37,504 nucleotides of DNA, taken from positions 1-37,504 of the forward strand of contig JAJQQN010001113.1 of NCBI GenBank assembly GCA_023345925.1. Reading direction: 5' to 3'. Below, in pieces: positions 33,995 through 37,504 of the stretch. The notes beneath the pieces are model-generated. The model was not told the DNA's origin and did no database searches. It worked only from the letters and a program-made list of their open reading frames with translations. Numbering within the stretch: the first letter of the stretch is position 1; every line of letters begins with the position of its first letter. The stretch is from Vannella sp. Taxonomy: Eukaryota. Position numbers and translations under genes: made by a program.

Positions 33995-36954
33995 ATGTCC
34001 CAAAGCCACTTGAACGCAATTGCGTCTGGGGACCTTCGCGCAATTCAGGCGTTCTTGCGCGCTCACCCAGGGACTCTCAACGAAGTAGGGTTACTTCATC
34101 TGAAAACAGAAAGAGTTAACACAAGCTCACCTTTCGAGCTGCTTTAGGGGGCAAGTGATTCTCAGCTCCTCCCTCCCTTATGATGCCTCTTTCTCAAGGG
34201 ATTCCCTGGAAGAGGAAACCAGCTTACCTTATGGAGACCTTTTAGGAAGTAAGTGACTATCAGTTAGCCTTCCACTCTCTTTCCCCTCACCTGAAGAGCG
34301 GTGCGGGCGACGAATCATGGAGGAACTTACCGTTTGGGAATGCTTAGTGGGTGAGAGACTGATCCTTAGCCCTACCTACCTACCTAGCTTCCTTTTTCTG
34401 AAAGAGGAGTGAGGCTCACCACAATGACTTTAGGTTGTAAGTGGCTAATACATTAACCCCTCCCTCCCTCCCTTGGGGGATGGGTGCAAAGGAGGAGAAA
34501 TCACCTAACCTCATAATGGGGATGCTTTAGTATGTAAGTGGTAGATCGATTAGCCCCTCCCCTTTTGAAGACTCTATCTCGGGTTGCGAGGGAGTAGAAG
34601 AGCTAATCTTTTGGGGGATACTTTTAGTTTGTAAGTCATCTTCTCCCTTATGAAGACTTATCTTCGGTGAGGAATGAGATGGAACACGAAGGAGAAAGGA
34701 GGAAGAACTCACCATTTAGGACACTTAAAGTGGGTAAGTTCTGCAGACGGGAGGAAGAGGTTAGGACAGTGGGTTTCAGCCTGCAAGACAATATTTCGGT
34801 CTTTCTCAAGTCACCAAAAAGTGGCTGCAGAATTATCCTGAAACAGAAACCCCCTTTCCACTCCCTTTCCGTCTGAGGGATTTGTCTGTGACAATTCATA
34901 ACTTAGAACAGACTTTTCTGACCTTTGCTTGTTCTGAAGGGCAAAGCAAAATTGTCAAATACTTGCTCTCGATCCCCGAAATTGACATCAATAAGGTATG
35001 TTTTTTGCTTCTTTATCGAGAGTAACGATCCTCCAGACCGTAAGGCACAGTTTCTCGCATTTTTTTACACCCTTTATCTTCTCATGGAAAGCTCATTGGA
35101 TCGACAACGCGGTAATTTTCCCTCCCTGCAATATCTCTTTGCTGATTTTGGTGCTGATTCGATCAAGAGGGGAGAAGTACTACCTCCGGAATGCATTTAG
35201 AGAGTAAGTGGCTTTTTTCCTTGGTGGAATGAGTGAGAAAGAAGGTAAACTGACTCTTTGGGATACCAATAGTGGGTAAATTAATGATTCATCAACTTCA
35301 TTTGGAAGATAAGAACTCACCTTAAGGCGATAATTTTAGGAAGTACGTGAATAATCTACCAGATACTCTACCTTTGATGGAAAGGATGAAAGAAGAGAAG
35401 AAGGCGAATTCAACCTTTAGGGTCCTTTTAGTGGGTAAGTCCCATATTACTCCTTGACGGTGATGGTGATGAAGGAGATCTTTTAACGGAATGTAATTTT
35501 AGGGAGTAAGAAACTGATCCACTAGCCCTCCCATTGATTTTCGATTTCTTTCGCAAGGGACGGGGAGGAGAAAGCTCACCTTTTGGGCACTATTAGAGGG
35601 TATGTGATCGATCCATCATCCCTTTATGGATTCATCCTTTTTTTCTGTCTCAGTGAAGGAAAAATTCACCTTTTTGGATGCTTGTAGGATGTTAGTGAAA
35701 TACCCGTTATCGTCTTCCTTGAGATGCTTTCATAAGGAAAGAAAAGGACTGACCTTTTTGAGCTCTTTTAGAATGTAAGCTGATAACCCTTTTGATGGAA
35801 TAGAGGGAACTGAAGGAGCTTGAAAAATGCAGACACCGCTCGATATAGCCTTACAGGGATCACAAGGAGATCATCGAATTGCTATTCGCAAAAGGTGGTC
35901 AATGTGCAGTGGTGAGCCTCTTCAATGCAAGAAGTGAGAGCTCACAAAAGTTCAGGAGCAAACCAAGCTCGACGGGTATGTTGCCCGAAGGAGGAGAGAG
36001 GAAGCTCTGCAGATGGAGGTGGAGCTTAGGAAGCAGGCAACCCAAATTCAAAAAATCTTACTAGTACCATCTCGTGTGGCATTCGCTATGGCGTCCAGTC
36101 CCTGCTTACAGAACGAAAATTTGCAGAAATGTTTCATGGACGGACGCTTGCCGTGTTCCTTTTCCCTTCAGCTTCTGTGGGAACCTGTCATTGCTCAATT
36201 GGAACATTTTGGCCAAAAAGTAGCCGCAAAGGAGTCTGCTATTATCAGGCTACAGCAGAAGAGGAATGAATCGTTCCGAAACGCTTGTTCTGCCAAGCAG
36301 CACATTCAAGAACTTTCCGATCGACTAATGGCCTTTGAGGAGGAAGAGCACAGATGTGAAGAAGAGGAGGAGATCCTGAAAAAAGAACTGGAGGAGCTGG
36401 AGGAGATGGACATTATCTCTTTGCTTCCATTTGTTCGTTCCGCTGCAAAGGTAGAGAAGCAGTTGGTCTTTGAGCTTGAAGACAAACTTTCCAAAGACCG
36501 AGATGGTCTCTTTGCCCTTCATGAGGAGGGGAGTCCCAAGTTGTCTCTATTGATGAATTGCTTCGGAGCCGAGAAGAGAACTATCAAGCAGCTGCAAGAT
36601 CTCAATAGCAAGAACTTCATTTCACATAACATGGCAGAGGTCAATTTGTTGGTTTCTGCTTTGCCAAGAGTTCAGCAGACTGTCGTGCGGTACACCCAAG
36701 AACGTCTAAAAAGTGGCAAGTTGCCTTTCGCAGATCATGATTGTGCTCTCTGTGATTGCGAAACGCCCGAAGAGATGGCCAACTTCTTGAGTGAGCATGG
36801 TCTCAAACAGGTCACCGCTGACATTGTACGCAAGGCAGGTGCCTATGGAAGGGGAGCGCTGCTGTTCCTTACTTCTCAAAACCTTCAACTGGGCAACGGT
36901 CAGGCTGAGAAAAGAGCTTTGCGACAATCCCGAGCTTCTCATATCGAGAAATAA
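33995..36954 (+). CDS. Ankyrin-repeat + coiled-coil + SAM-like protein whose inter-repeat loops are encoded by 3-nt micro-exons; apparent frameshift at ~35857
   Basis: Exon 33995-34084 (MSQSHLNAIASGDLRAIQAFLRAHPGTLNE); micro-exon array 1; exon 34912-34995 (TFLTFACSEGQSKIVKYLLSIPEIDINK); micro-exon array 2; exon 35833-35911 (TPLDIALQ/DHKEIIELLFAKGGQCAV, frame break); intron 35912-35955; final exon 35956-36954 in frame with the 313-aa ORF. Confidence 0.75.
34085..34911 (+). other. Micro-exon array 1: seven single-codon exons GGG(34148-50), GAA(34246-48), TGG(34348-50), GTT(34434-36), TAT(34531-33), TTT(34628-30), TGG(34731-33) = G,E,W,V,Y,F,W
   Basis: Each triplet is preceded by a branch-point-like CTCAC/CTTAC/CTAAC/CTAAT plus TTAG/AAAG and followed by GTAAGT/GTGAGA (first one GCAAGT); ~85-105 nt period. 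Confidence 0.85.
34996..35832 (+). other. Micro-exon array 2: nine single-codon exons ACC(35037-39), AGA(35201-03), TGG(35273-75), GAA(35340-42), TGG(35432-34), GGA(35503-05), AGG(35597-99), GAT(35688-90), AAT(35772-74) = T,R,W,E,W,G,R,D,N
   Basis: Same YAG|NNN|GT architecture (donors GTAAGG, GTAAGT, GTAAAT, GTACGT, GTAAGT, GTAAGA, GTATGT, GTTAGT, GTAAGC); no stop codon among the triplets. Confidence 0.85.
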
Positions 36955-37400
36955 GCCGATTTACTCCATTTTGTTTCAGCCCAAATAATAAGCTTCTTGA
37001 ACTCAATTCTTGTTGGTGGGCTTTATTCTGCGTAACAGAAATTGCAATCACAATAGGGTTTCGGGTTAATAGTGAAAAAATGACCGCTGACACCCCTGAA
37101 TGACCGTTTTTGCGCAGTTGCAAGTGAGCAAGCCATTTATTGCGAATAAAGGATCCCCTTTTACGATTGAAGGTTGTTGCTGTGCACATAAAAATCAGAA
37201 TACACAATTCAAATGATCTGAAACGCATCCTCGGAAGCAAGGTTCAACGCGGATAGCAAGTGAGCAAAGTGAGCAAGACACTTTTTGGACATGAAGGCTT
37301 GTCTGGTAGAACCCTGCTATAATATGTTATTGAACGACATACATGGGCTACAATTTTATGCTTGGACTCATTTAATCGATCGTCAACCACTCACAGTAAT

Positions 37401-37454
37401 GAGCAAAGTGAGCAAAGTGAGCAAAGTGAGCAAAGTGTGCGAAGTGTGCAAAAT
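37401..37454. repeat. 9-bp minisatellite (GAGCAAAGT)x4 plus 2 degenerate copies; related copies at ~37255-37277
   Basis: Directly visible tandem repeat. Confidence 0.85.
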
Positions 37455-37504
37455 TGTGGAGATTGAGCCAAGTGATCAGAGTGAGCATGAGGTATAAAAA
37501 CGTT

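Noticed and set aside
34760..34780. Possible eighth micro-exon in array 1 (CAG|TGG|GTTTCA)
   Set aside because: Poor donor, no branch motif and only a 36-nt upstream intron; not counted.
34527..35207. Short ORFs listed in the micro-exon region
   Set aside because: No protein-like motifs; they run across intron units. Only 34912-34995 is ankyrin-coding, in a frame not listed.
34120..35760. CTCACCT/CTTACCT as minus-strand splice donors of an antisense gene
   Set aside because: They sit a short, consistent distance upstream of plus-strand AG|NNN|GT units, as branch points would; no coherent minus-strand ORF or acceptors were found.
34085..35832. CRISPR-like or satellite interpretation of the ~95-nt periodic pattern
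   Set aside because: Conserved parts are only splice signals (branch site, AG, GT donor), not identical repeats; eukaryotic context and no cas genes.

Overview
Gene-dense eukaryotic (protist-type, possibly amoebozoan; taxonomy is inference) DNA with very short GT-AG introns (mostly 41-70 nt) and tiny intergenic spacers. Left to right: probable 3' end of an upstream gene; PTS2-targeted acyl-CoA oxidase; a methyltransferase-fold-like protein that looks internally triplicated; two tandem paralogous surface receptors (signal peptide-LRRs-Ser/Thr stalk-GAIN/GPS autoproteolysis motif-single TM) in which the internal LRRs are each a separate phase-2 exon; a possible small spliced gene; an orphan helical protein; a pseudo-phosphatase/ARM-repeat protein; an F-BAR protein with PPxY and I-x-L-x-K motifs; a ~3,630-aa coiled-coil protein with ~280-aa super-repeats; a papain-family cysteine protease; an LRR-VPS9 protein; and an ankyrin-coiled-coil-SAM-like gene. 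The standout is that last gene (33995-36954). The seemingly non-coding 1.7 kb between its ankyrin exons is two arrays of 7 and 9 single-codon (3-nt) micro-exons (branch point...AG|NNN|GTRAG). They sit where the ankyrin beta-hairpin binding loop belongs and encode mostly aromatic/charged residues, suggesting a splicing-based binding-site diversification system. No expression data are available, so splicing models are predictions.
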